64,000 nt of DNA from Eledone cirrhosa (Eukaryota): positions 208,754,001-208,818,000 of the forward strand of contig OZ024741.1 of the NCBI GenBank assembly GCA_964016885.1, written 5' to 3'. This document shows positions 1 to 11,632 of the stretch, in pieces. Both the position numbers and the translations under genes were made by a program. A model generated the notes under the pieces. It did no database searches. It saw only the letters and a list, made by a program, of their open reading frames with translations, and was not told where the DNA came from. The stretch's first letter is position 1. Each line of letters starts with the position of its first letter.

Positions 1-163
1 TTGCAATTACCCCAGTGCATTACTGGTGTTTTATTTTATGGACCCCGTAAGGATGAAAGGCAAAGTTAACCTCAGCGGGATTTGAACTCTGAACATAAAT
101 GGCCATAACTCTATGCTGCAAAGCATGGTGTCTGACACTCTACCGATACTGCCAATCCACCGC
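1..163 (-). mobile_element. tRNA-derived SINE copy (3' end cut by the window edge)
   Basis: Reverse complement has A-box TGGCAGTATCGG and B-box GAGTTCAAATCC followed by GCCTTTCATCCTTACGGGGTC; homologous to the copies at 7851, 10195, 19853, 42384, 54818. Confidence 0.85.
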
Positions 164-589
164 TCTGGAATGAATGGAATACACAAAACAATGTGAAAAT
201 CAAATTTATTAGTTTGACATTAAAAGAAGAAAAAAACACAGAACAAATACCACAATGACATTTTATCAAGCGTTCTCCTCATTCTGCCAATCCCTCAGCC
301 TACACACACTCATCTATATTATTGATACAATTGCGATCTTGCTCCAATTGACCCATCACCCGTGTAATACTGGCAGCCTATCACAGTTAGCTGGGTCCCG
401 AAGGTCCCGTTTTCCAGCCATGAGGATGTCGGTGATAGGAAGAGGGATTTGAACTCGAAATGCAAAAATCCGGAACAATTAATGTCATCAATCTCCTTCG
501 ACTCTCTAAAAATTCCACCTCTTAACAGATATTTTATTTGTTAAAATCTTTTTCAATGCACACGCTTTCACAGTAGGAATATCGCGAAT

Positions 590-845
590 TGTGTGTGCGT
601 GTGCGTGTGCGTGTGTGCGCTCGTGTGTGTGTGTGCGTGTGTGTGCGCGGGGGGGGGGGGGGGTGCATGTGTGTGTGCGCGTGTGTGCGCGTGTGTGTGT
701 GTGCATGTGTGTATAGTGTACCAAGCACAATATCAATGTGTGTGCGTCTGTATATATATATGTGTGTGTGTGTGTGCGTGTGTGCGTCTGTATGTGTATG
801 TGTGTGTCCATATGTGTCGAGTGTACCAAGCACAATATCAAGCAA
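590..845. repeat. (GT)n/(GC)n compound microsatellite with a 22-bp direct repeat
   Basis: GT runs; AGTGTACCAAGCACAATATCAA occurs twice (~715 and ~820). Confidence 0.85.
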
Positions 846-1241
846 CAACTATTCACATACACATTGCACAAATACAGAGTAACATTAACTTGAGAATATT
901 TCTCAATGGAGAATATTTCTCAATGTCAAAACAAGAGAGAGAGAGAAAGAGAAAACGAGCGAAAAGAGAATAGGAAACAGAGAGGCAAGTGAAAGAGAGA
1001 AGAGAGAAAGGATAGGGGAGACATTTCAACGTTACGGCAATAACAGCAGACATTTATTACAAGTGGTGAACTTTATATATACACCCACAACTCTGCACTA
1101 CAAACAGTGTTGACACTAGGAGAAGAGGAGATGGAATAGGTCAACAAACCAAAGCCAGATGTTGACAGACGCCGGTTGAATAAAGATGAAATAATAAACC
1201 CATCACTATTAAATACTCATTGAGAACGAAAACATGGAATG

Positions 1242-1268
1242 ATATATAATATATATACATATATATAT

Positions 1269-1345
<77 letters not shown>

Positions 1346-1369
1346 TATATATATATATATATTTATATA
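1242..1369. repeat. (TA)n microsatellite flanking the 3' end of PLE-1
   Basis: Direct reading. Confidence 0.95.
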
Positions 1370-1483
1370 AATAAGAGGAATTCCAACTTTGTCTGATTTA
1401 CTCGTTTTATTTACAATCCTTTAAAATATATAATGGTATTATAATGAAATAGTATGATAGAATATTAAATTCTAAGTGTTAAT

Positions 1484-1522
1484 TGAACAAGTACTTTCAT
1501 GCTTTCGCAATCTTCAGGTTCA
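1484..1522 (-). ncRNA. Minimal type I hammerhead ribozyme in the PLE-1 3' pLTR
   Basis: Minus strand reads TGAAC-CTGAAGA-T-TGC-GAAA-GCA-T-GAAA-GTAC-TT-GTTCA: helix I TGAAC/GTTCA, CUGANGA core, helix II, GAAA, palindromic GTAC helix III. Confidence 0.85.
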
Positions 1523-1897
1523 TGATATGTGGTGACAGTCGAGTTTGCAATTTTCAACTGTAATAAGATGGGTAAATTTCCTACCTTTTATACATTTTAT
1601 ACAGAGAAAAGTGGCTCCAGAATGCTAAGCCCTGTAAACTGTATTTCGACCAATCGGTGTGTAGTTTCACTGAATTACTAAAGCTGATTGGTTTAAGCGT
1701 CACGGCTGGTTGAGCATGTCTAACGACCAATAATCATATCCAAAGCATCAATTGTTTTGCTATTTTTAGAAATGATGAAAATAGTATTTTCTATTAATCA
1801 TCACCATCAACATCACTTTTATTATTGTTATTATTGTTGTTGTTGGTAGTGGTGGTCGTAGTCATAGTGGTAGTAGAAGTAATACCCCTAAGCGTTA

Positions 1898-2990
1898 TTA
1901 TTGTTCATTTAGCTTGGGTTTGAATTTATCAATAAAATTCTTTTCTTTGATTTTTCTCTTGATTTCACTTGGGCTGTGTAATTTGTAGAATGGGAATATT
2001 ATAAATATTCCCTGACCACATGTTGCTAGATGGTTACTTAAGGGTATCTGACGGACATTTGGGTCTCTGATTTGTTGACGGTGTACCCGTGCACGTTCCG
2101 ATAGTGCATTTCCAGTTTGACCGACATATAGTTCTTCACAATTCGGGCATTTAATGCAGTAAATTAGATTTCTGCTTTTGCAGTTCATATTTGCATTTGG
2201 GAATATTTTTCCAGTTTTTGTTTTCATATATTGACTGGCGTGTATGGATTGACATGTGCCGCATCGACTATCATTGCATTTAGATACAGTGAATGATTGG
2301 TCTTTGTTGTTAAGGTCAAACTTTGCTTTTGTTAGTAATTGCTTCAAATTTTTTGGCTGTCTTTTACTAAGAGTCAAAGATCGATCTGTGATTAAGCCTT
2401 TTAATTCATTACTTTGAGCAATGATCGGTAGGTTTGCTTTGACAGTGTTGAAGATATTCTGGTGACATGGGTTGTGTGTCATTATAAATGGTATGACCAG
2501 TTCTTGGTTTCTTCTTCCTTGGGTTGTCCTAAGTTGTTGTATAGGTTTTTTTATAGCCCGCTGTATGCCATGTTCTATAAGTAGAGATGGGTATTTTTGT
2601 TTGAGCAAAAATTCTCTTAGTTCTGTTAGGCGTTTGTACCTGGTATTCGTATCTTCTACAATGGTACAAATTCTTCTGCCTAGGCAGTATGGGATGTTAC
2701 GTTTTGTATGAGGTGGATGGCACGACTTAAAATTCAGATATTGATGGGTGTCTGTGTGTTTATAATATATATCCGTGGTAATGGTGGTGTCGTTTTTTAT
2801 TATCATTATATCTAGGAATGGTAATTTGGTCCTACTCATCTCTTTTGTGAATTGGAGAGATGGGTGTAGGTTATTCAGGAGGATATTGAACTCATCCAGA
2901 GTATCTAGAGATTCTGTCCAGATGATGAAACAGTCGTCAAGGTATCTCTTCCAAGATTTTTCAATGTACTTTCTAAAGTCAGTACTATAT
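1898..2990 (-). pseudogene. PLE-1 RT C-terminus/thumb plus GIY-YIG endonuclease (frameshifted from the upstream RT)
   Basis: RYLDD reading near 2930-2950; LPFLDI, IYYKHTDTHQYL, SCHP; C..C, NLIYCIKCPNCEELYVGQTG, R...H, FIDKFKPKLN. Confidence 0.9.
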
Positions 2991-4224
2991 TTTTCCCTAT
3001 TTCTTGGTAGAGTTGTTGTTCTAAGTATCCCATTACAGAGTTCGCGTAAACGGGAGCAAACTTCGTTCCCATCGCTGTGCCTCTAATTTGGATGTAATTC
3101 TTTCCATTGAAGAAGAAAGTGTTGTTTTCCAGAATAAGTTTAACTGCGTCTAATATAAATGGCGCTGTGAATCTAATGGGAATCACTTCTCTATGTTTTT
3201 CCACCCAGTATTTAACCGCCTTTATTCCTAAATCATGTGTAATGTTGGTGTAAAGGCTTACCACATCAAAACTGAGTAGAAGTGAATTCGTTTCCGTGGT
3301 TTGGGGAAGATGGGACAGGAAGTCGATATCATCCCGGATGAAACTGGGTATGTGAATACATAGTGGTTTCAAAATAATGTCAACAAAATTGCTTAGACGG
3401 TGGGTGGGGCATGTTGGACCAGCTATAATAGGTCTAAGTTTTAAGTCTTTTGGGTGTAATAATTTAATGTACTCACTGTTTTGTTCTCTTACTGCCAGTT
3501 GTATTTCTTTTGACTTATGAACTTTCGGTAGGCCATACAGGTTGCTGGGTTTCGGCTCAAAATTGGTGATGTAGTCTCTTTCCTTATCAGTAAATGAGTT
3601 GTGGTATTTTGAAGCCAGGTTGTTGATCTTCTTCATGATGTTGTGGTCTATATTTGACGGTATTTCATGATAGAATGTTGTGTCTTTCAGTTGTTCCTCA
3701 ACCAAATCCTTGAAGTATTCAGTATCCATTATAAAAACTGCACCCCCTTTATCTGCTTGTTTAATTATTATTGTTTTATCATTTTGTATACGTTTAAGTG
3801 CAGACATTTCTGATTTGTTAATGTTTGGCCTAACATTAGTATTATGTCTAAGAGGAAATTTAGACAGGATGTCAATGTATTGGTCGAGATAGATATTTCT
3901 TCCTTTTGGCGGAGTGAAATTTGATTTATTCTTTACTAGTGATTCATCACTCTCATTATTTTTATCAGCGAAGAATTCTACAAGAGGTAATTTTCGACAG
4001 AATTCTTGGGTATCCTCCTTCAGTTCTTGGTGGTTGACTGTTGGAGTCGGTGTGAATTTCAGTCCTTTTGACAGAATTTGCATTTCATCATTGTCAAGAT
4101 CTCTTTTAGATAAATTAATTATTTTAGGATCTACGTGTACAGTTGTTTTGGGTATGTTTCCTCCTGGAGTTTTTCTTTTTCCGGTTTTTGTTGTCCTGAC
4201 GTTAAAAAATGGATTTTTCTCTGT
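2905..4224 (-). pseudogene. PLE-1 reverse transcriptase, N-terminal and core part
   Basis: IINLS..LSKGLKFTPTP, IKQADKGGA, LYGLPKVHK, LRPII, SFDVVSLYTNI, QIRGTAMGTKFAPVYAN; frameshift near 2990. Confidence 0.92.
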
Positions 4225-5480
4225 TCAGGATTTATATTCCTGTTGGTGTTCGCTTGATGAACTTTTGGTCGTGATATTATATTTGGTTTCGTTATGTATT
4301 TTGTCCTATTTTTGGTATTCTGTATATTATTTTTCTTCCTGTTAGCATTATTTTTAACAATCTGGGGAAATGACCTAGGTTTGCTTTCAGGTTTAGATCG
4401 TTTTTTCGTCCAGTTTCTTGTGGGCAATTTCTGTTGAGATCTTGAGAGTGATCTGGTTATTCTACGTTTTGTTTCCACATTCCTTGTTGGTAGTCTCTGT
4501 TGAGATCTTGAGAATGATCTCCTGGTTTTACTACTTCTCATGGTCTGGTCAAAGGAATATCTATCGTGTTTGTGCTTTCTGTTCATGTTGTGTGCGATAG
4601 GGTGTTTTTGTAGAAAAAGCGAAGAGTTATTACCGTAGTTCTTCTTTGATTCAAGGTAAGGTGAGTGTTTGTGTTGGCACGTGTTCTGGCGTATGTTGTG
4701 TTGATGAGATTGTCGACTTTTAATGCTTTTTCTCAGGGTTCCAGAGTCTTTACCGTAATTTGCAGCATATTCGTCGAGAAATAATTGTTTCTGCTGCCAT
4801 ACCTTTCTTGATTTGTTTTCTTCTTTTGAGATATCTCCGATCCATAGTTCTTGTAGTTTTTCAGCTATAATACCAGTCGTTAGCTTTGAAATTTCAACTT
4901 CAATTTTGTCATCAATAGCTTCATATTTTGCTTTGTAGCGGGATTGTTTACATTCAGAAATGGAGATGTCGGTCCTGAATTTTGTCAATGTAAGTTCCCA
5001 TCGGAGTTTTGTTTCTTCTTCTGGTTCTCCTGCAATTTCTGTAATTAGGTATTTACGAGGGAGTATGGGTGCCGCTAGAGAGAGCCATTTCCAATGTGTT
5101 TCGACATATTTTTCGCATTTGTATGCTTTCCAGAAATTTTGTTTTCTTATGTTAAGGAATTTTTTCCATGTCTTCCACATTTCTTTTCTTATTCGATGTG
5201 TTTTCTTTTCCAAATTTCTTTCGTTTATTTCTGACATCCAAGGGGGTTGTGGTAGGCTTTCTCTTGTATCTTTGATAACTGTTAGTATAATTTCAGCTAA
5301 ATTCTTAATTTCAGAGTTTATATGTTCAGTTATAAGTTTTCCGTCTGTAGATTGTTTTTCTATTTCGTTTAAAATAGAGGATTGTGCGTCTATCATCGTG
5401 ATAAGTGTTGATAATTTCGATGATATCTCCTTTAGAATTATTTCTGATTCTGTTGATTTCATTTGTTGCTTTCCAGACAT
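4131..5480 (-). CDS. PLE-1 ORF1 (449 aa): helical/coiled-coil-like N-terminus, basic low-complexity C-terminus
   Basis: Long open frame between the 5' pLTR and RT; K/R/S-rich C-terminal half with a repeated RSxSRSQQxLPTRN motif; overlaps the RT frame by ~95 nt. Confidence 0.75.
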   Translation of the reverse strand: MSGKQQMKSTESEIILKEISSKLSTLITMIDAQSSILNEIEKQSTDGKLITEHINSEIKNLAEIILTVIKDTRESLPQPPWMSEINERNLEKKTHRIRKEMWKTWKKFLNIRKQNFWKAYKCEKYVETHWKWLSLAAPILPRKYLITEIAGEPEEETKLRWELTLTKFRTDISISECKQSRYKAKYEAIDDKIEVEISKLTTGIIAEKLQELWIGDISKEENKSRKVWQQKQLFLDEYAANYGKDSGTLRKSIKSRQSHQHNIRQNTCQHKHSPYLESKKNYGNNSSLFLQKHPIAHNMNRKHKHDRYSFDQTMRSSKTRRSFSRSQQRLPTRNVETKRRITRSLSRSQQKLPTRNWTKKRSKPESKPRSFPQIVKNNANRKKNNIQNTKNRTKYITKPNIISRPKVHQANTNRNINPEQRKIHFLTSGQQKPEKEKLQEETYPKQLYT

Positions 5481-6050
5481 GTTGGCATATACACAATAGG
5501 AATATATATATATAGAGAGAGAGATAGGTAAATATACACGGGTGTGTATGATTGTATATAGAAGATTATATTAATAAGAGGAATTCCAACTTTGTCTGAT
5601 TTACTCGTTTTATTTACAATCCTTTAAAATATATAATGGTATTATAATGAAATAGTATGATAGAATATTAAATTCTAAGTGTTAACAATAATAACGCTAT
5701 GACTACGACCACCACGACCACCAACAACAACAACAATAATAATAATAATAATAAAAGTGATGTTGATGGTGATGATTAATAGAAAATGCTATTTTCATCA
5801 TTTCTAAAAATAGCAAAACAATTGATGCTTTGGATATGATTATTGGTCGTTAGATATGCTCAACCAGCCGTGACGCTTAAACCAATCAGCTTTAGTAATT
5901 CAGTGAAACTACACACTGATTGGTCGAAATACAGTTTACAGGGCTTAGCATTCTGGAGCCACTTTTCTCTGTATAAAATGTATAAAAGGTAGGAAATTTA
6001 CCCATCTTATTACAGTTGAAAATTGCAAACTTGACTGTCACCACATATTA

Positions 6051-6089
6051 TGAACCTGAAGATTGCGAAAGCATGAAAGTACTTGTTCA
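6051..6089 (+). ncRNA. Minimal type I hammerhead ribozyme in the inverted pLTR of PLE-1
   Basis: TGAACCTGAAGATTGCGAAAGCATGAAAGTACTTGTTCA read directly on the plus strand. Confidence 0.85.
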
Positions 6090-6241
6090 ATTAACACTTA
6101 GAATTTAATATTCTATCATACTATTTCATTATAATACCATTATATATTTTAAAGGATTGTAAATAAAACGAGTAAATCAGACAAAGTTGGAATTCCTCTT
6201 ATTAATATAATCTTCTATACACAATCATACACACACCTATC

Positions 6242-6284
<43 letters not shown>

Positions 6285-6286
<2 letters not shown>

Positions 6287-6938
6287 CAACTACAAATTGA
6301 TTGACATATATATATATCTAAAATAAACATGAAACAATCACAGGGAATAATTTGTAAAAGTGTGTAAGCACACATAGCTAGGTAGGTAACTAATTAAAGT
6401 TTAACTAGAATTTTAAATATAGATATATTTCAAATTGATTAATCTTCCTTGTATATATTTCATTAAAGAAATATATTTCACCATCTATTACAGGCTATAT
6501 ACGGACCGTTAATTGTAGAGCTAACTCAGTTGAAAGGACTCGGCTGCTATTTCTAGTTGTCGATAACCTTATTCACGCCACTGGGATGAAGCTGGTACGA
6601 TGTGTGTATTTTTAAAAAATGCAACTCGTGCTGCTAGTCATTCGCAGATTTGAATTTGCTGTTTAAACACAGATAGTTAAATCTTCTCCCTTGTTGAAAT
6701 ACGGAAATTGAGCTACTGTGGTTTACCGATCGATTGATGGTGAAATATATTTCTTTAATGAAATATATACAAGGAAGATTAATCAACTTGAAAGATATCT
6801 ACATTTAAAATTCTAGTTAAACTTTAATTAGTTACCCACCTAGCTATGTGTGTTTACACACTTTTACAAATTATTCCCTGTAATTGTTTCATATGTTTAT
6901 TTTAGATATATATATGTCAATCAATTTCTAGTTGATAT
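6285..6938. repeat. ~200-bp inverted repeat with ~250-bp spacer (MITE-like or PLE remnant)
   Basis: 6285-6485 is the near reverse complement of 6736-6938. Confidence 0.8.
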
Positions 6939-7030
6939 AAAATGCTCGGATCTATTCATTGGAATCTTGGAGCATATTCTACAGTGGATATGTCGCATGT
7001 CTCTCTGACATAACACCCTTAATTTAATTT

Positions 7031-7115
<85 letters not shown>

Positions 7116-7306
7116 TTACGTCTCAACTTTGAATTTCTTCATTTCCTGGCCCGGCAGATCACGTGGGAAAGTTCTGACATTACACCTTTAAATTACCGAC
7201 ATAGATTCTGTTGTTAGGCTTCAAATTCTCGTTCACCAAGAAAGGGTGGCGATAGTCTATTTCTCTCCATTCCCGCACTCTAACCACCTTATCTATATAG
7301 TGAGTG

Positions 7307-7385
7307 AAAAAGAAAGAAAGAAAGAAGGAAAGAAAGAGGGAAAGAAGGAAAGAAAGAAAGAATGAAAGAAAGAAAGAAAGAAAGT

Positions 7386-7433
<48 letters not shown>

Positions 7434-7485
7434 ATGAAAGAAAGAAAGAAAGAAAGAAAGCGAAACAGAAGGAAAGAAAGAAAGA
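7307..7485. repeat. (GAAA)n microsatellite
   Basis: Direct reading. Confidence 0.95.
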
Positions 7486-7850
7486 GTTAAATAGAAATGT
7501 ATACAATGTTTATGTATATTAAACATACATAGTCGCACTGGGTATTTTAAAGCCGTGGTCATATCACAGTTATTCCAGTATCCGTTTGAGAATACCGGGT
7601 ACATGTATTTCAATATCGTTAACCCATAATAAACATATATATATGTGTGTGTGTGTTCACAATTCAATAAGATTATTATTAATATTATTTATTTATATAT
7701 ACACACATATTTACACACTCATATATATACACACACATATATATATATATACACATATATATATATATACACAGATATATATATACATATACACATATAT
7801 ATATACACATATATATATATATATACACATATATATATATATACACATAA

Positions 7851-8030
7851 TTGGCAGTATCGGTAGAGGCTTGGATTATGCTTTCCAGCATAGTTACGTC
7901 CCTTTACGATCTGAGTTCAATTCCCGCCGAGGTTAACTTTGCCTTTCATCCTTACGGGGTCGATAAAATAAAGTACCAGTAATGTACTGGGATAAGTGCT
8001 GGCCTTGTGCCAAAAAGTAGAAACAATTAT
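7851..8030 (+). mobile_element. tRNA-derived SINE
   Basis: TGGCAGTATCGG...GAGTTCAATTCCCG...GCCTTTCATCCTTACGGGGTCGATAAAATAAAGTACCAG...GTAGAAACAATTAT. Confidence 0.85.
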
Positions 8031-9009
8031 TTATTTATACATCGCTATGGGCATTTCAATGCAACCAGAGTACTCCATTCATTTGTGGGGAAAAAAACAG
8101 ATATTATCAGTAAATTTACTCCATTAGTAGTTTTCTACCCAAAACTGCATTTCTTCAGGAAATATAATAAAAACAAATAACAAAAAATTGATTAATATCA
8201 TAAGACAAATCATCTAGAATATTACAAGATTCAACTCAATGTGCATTCAAAAAGGATGGAATTATAAATCTATAAGTGCAAAGCCTAAGCTTGAGTATAT
8301 TTTTAGACATGCAAAAATTAAAGAATTATCAATGTTTTTTCACAAGTATGTTAAAATATGTTAAATCTGCTAATTAGTTACAGCAAGGGTTGTTAAAAAG
8401 GATGTTTAATGAATATATGGCAATGCTTTTCGTTATTTATCATAGAAAGATTTTTAAATGTTTAGATTTTCATTAGTTAAAGATTACATATAAATGAAAA
8501 GTAAGATTGAATTAATGCAGTATTTTTTTTTTTTTTCACAAAGCTATATATTCTTCAAAGAATATGTACACACTTTTCATACACGTTTTATGCACACCAA
8601 ATCCATAATCATATTCTAAAGAAAAGTTTATTCTTTAGGTTTGGTGCATTTCAAATATTTTCCTCGGACGCCATTTCAAAAAGGGTAAATATTTGTCCTT
8701 CCTGTTAAAGTGCTTACTAATACTTATCCTTTCGCCATGGTTGTGTCCCCTTGTGATAAGAGTTTCTAATCTAGTAGTTTCGTTCCAAGAACATGTTTTA
8801 TGACTCTGTTCGTTGTTTCGTTTCCCTGATTGGTATAAACATAATTCGTTTAAATTTTCAGCTGATCGCTTTCTGATTTCAGGGTTAATATCTCATTAGA
8901 TTACTTTTCGCTTTTCTTTTGCGGCCCACAACAAAATATATGGTTGCTATGGGTTTGCTGTATTGCTGATTAGTTGCCGTCTTCCTCGGAATGATTTCCA
9001 ATATATATA

Positions 9010-9450
9010 AAAAGTAACTTATCTTTGCCATCGATATAGAAACAGTGAACACGATCATCTCTTACAGTGATAACCAATCAGTCCATAAACCTTCCCTGCA
9101 CTGTCCTCCCTAGTACATCTATCCTCCTAACCGAAATCGTCTTTACTCTCAGTTGCTTCTCATTGTCTGGTGACTTTTACCACCAATTTAACGAGATCAC
9201 TATGAGCACTAATATTAATACCCAGTTACGCTAATCTTAACATTTTTCTAAGTTAAATGGATCCCAAAATTGTACGGTTTTATGGACTACTGCATTAACG
9301 CCAACACACTTACCAAAGACTAACTCCATTGCTTCATCATTTGCTACTCTATCATTTTAATATGACTTCTACTGTAACTGATATTTCCGACATCTTTTAA
9401 AATATGGTGACAGTATTGAGAACCTCTATATATTCACTTCCATCGGCCAA
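9010..9450 (+). pseudogene. Ancient degenerate PLE RT fragment
   Basis: Manual translation from ~9133 gives EIVFTLSCFSLSGDFYHQFNEITMSTNI..PSYANL, resembling the PLE motif F.F.G.FY.Q..G.AMGT..PSYANL. Confidence 0.5.
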
Positions 9451-10194
9451 CCTCGATCCATTAAAGACTTCATGAATCCTTCCATAATCCCACCTTCATC
9501 CACTGGAACCTCTATATATCCACATCCATCAACTGCAAGCTCCATAAATCCCACTCACATTTCCAATATTCCCCACTCGTTTCACACACACCAAACCCGC
9601 AATCCCATTTTCATAATTTTTTCGGTGTCACCTGTTATATAACACCGATTCCTACTTTCTCTTTAATCACTAGTACCCTTCGATTTCTTGTGGATACCGA
9701 ACTCCATTGGGCTCAAGATGTCAGTCATACCATCGTACTCCAATAATTGTTGTATTGGAGTTGTTCCTAACATATCGAATGAGAACGCTAATAGTTCAGA
9801 AACTTGAGGGAATAGTAATATATAAAATCGTTCTGAAAAGACATTTAGTTATAGCTTAACATCAGCATTTATTTGGTAAACTACTAATTCTTCTTCTTCT
9901 TCTTCTTCTTCTTCTTCGGTAGATGTGTGTGATTTAAAGCATATTTGGTTGCTATTTCTAGTAGATCGAGTGACCATTTAGGCACTCGCTTCTTCAACTT
10001 TGTAAAAATATTCTGTTTGAACTTACCGAATGCTATGCATCTAGGATTTATAATATTGAGAATCTTTAATCTGATATCTGGGAAGAATATCTAATCCATA
10101 GGGACAACTCTTGCTACAATTGTTGCTACTGTTGTTGATGCTGCTGTTGTTGTTGTTGCTGCTTCTGTTGATGCTGTTGTTGTTAAGATATAAT

Positions 10195-10378
10195 TGTTTC
10201 TACTTTTGGCATAAGGCCAGCAATTATCCCAGTGTATTACTGGTACTTTATTTTATCGACCCCATAAGGATGAAAGGCAAAGTTAACCTCGGCGGGATTT
10301 GAAATCAGATCTTAAAGGGACGTAACTCTATGCTTCAAAGCATGGTGTCCGACTCTCTACCGATACTGCCAATCCACC
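10195..10378 (-). mobile_element. tRNA-derived SINE
   Basis: Same family sequence as 19853-20036. Confidence 0.85.
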
Positions 10379-10515
10379 AAGCTATAATGATGCTTACTTA
10401 CGGTAACTAAGAGGTTCTTTTAAGCCTCTTCTTCCCCAAAATCTATCCCAGGGGTTTTGATAAAGACTGGGATAACGATACAGTATCAATAGTCCCTTGT
10501 TTTACCATCTATCGC

Positions 10516-10598
10516 TGTATGTATGTATGTATGTATGTATGTATGTATGTATGTATGTATGTATGTATGTATGTATGTATGTATGTATGTATGTATGT
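10516..10598. repeat. (TATG)n microsatellite
   Basis: Direct reading. Confidence 0.95.
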
Positions 10599-11206
10599 GT
10601 CAGGTCACCAGTTGGTGCTACTGGTAACATGTATCCCAGTACAACCTGTCTCATGGTCGGGTCGTTGGCGACTAAACTGGCAACCCCACCAAGGTTTCTT
10701 GGTGAGGAGGGTGACTTTGGACATCCTGCAGGACTAAAAACAAAACCTATCAAAGGGCAAAGGAGCTCTTATGAGTCAATGGCCATCCAAAATCACCGGG
10801 AGAGATGACCCCTTAGCCTTTGTCAAGGCAGAATTCTAGGAGAAGGAAAACTCTGATATAACACCTGCAACCCTGATCGTATCCAATGATGTTGACTTGT
10901 TCTTCTTTTTGGTAAATATCATCTTAGTTAAGAGAGTGGGACTGGCTTTGTGCAGTGCCTTTGCTCACTATAAAAGCTTCACGGCACAGGCATTGCTTTA
11001 TACCTGGAGATCTCTCTGCACTTGTCGTCACATGGTACCATGGGCCCAGCACTATGTGTCAATAATTGTCACAAGTGTAGTGTTTGTACCAGAGTTTTCA
11101 AGTCGCTGGCTGGACTAAAACGTCACAGCGTTCAGCGCATCGGTAGGGGTTCTCCTACATGGATATAAAGTAGTGGCCGTACTCGAAAACGAGTTGGCAG
11201 CCACCA
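10599..11206 (+). repeat. Interspersed repeat of unknown class; 3' ~410 bp repeated at 23203-23612
   Basis: High identity between 10797-11206 and 23203-23612; flanked by (TATG)n. Confidence 0.75.
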
Positions 11207-11579
11207 TGTATGTATGTATGTATGTATGTATGTATGTATGTATGTGTGTATGTAAGTATGTATGCATGTGTGCATGTAATGTAAGTATGTATGTATGCTT
11301 ATATACATATATATGAGGGTGCGTGAGTGGATGTGTGTATGCGGATGTATGCCTCATTGTTCTTTCCACTGAAATCATACATGGCCATTGTAACTGTTAG
11401 AATGTTTGTATATATATGTGTGTGTTTCTGTGTATGTATGCTTTCTTATGTACATATATAGTCTCTCTCTCTCTCCCTCACTCCCTCTGTATATATATAG
11501 AGAGAGAGAGAGAGAGGGGGAGTGATATATATATATATCTGTGTGTGAATGTGTGTGTGTGTCACTCTCTCATTCTCCC

Positions 11580-11632
<53 letters not shown>

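Larger units (their letters stand above)
1370..6240 (-). mobile_element. Penelope-like element PLE-1 (Neptune-like), near full length: 3' pLTR, partial 5' direct pLTR and inverted 5' pLTR
   Basis: RT and GIY-YIG ORFs on the minus strand; 1370-1482 directly repeated at ~5573-5685; 1370-1905 repeated inverted at ~5684-6205; flanked by (TA)n on both sides. Confidence 0.93.

Noticed and set aside
506-973. Many 60-190 aa ORFs rich in YI, HT, CV, LLL or NNN, here and throughout the window
   Set aside because: They are translations of (TA)n, (CA)n, (GT)n and (TAA)n microsatellites, not genes
2985-3000. Second frameshift in PLE-1 as a programmed event
   Set aside because: It splits the RT core between motifs B and C at a short homopolymer; most likely a disabling indel or sequencing error
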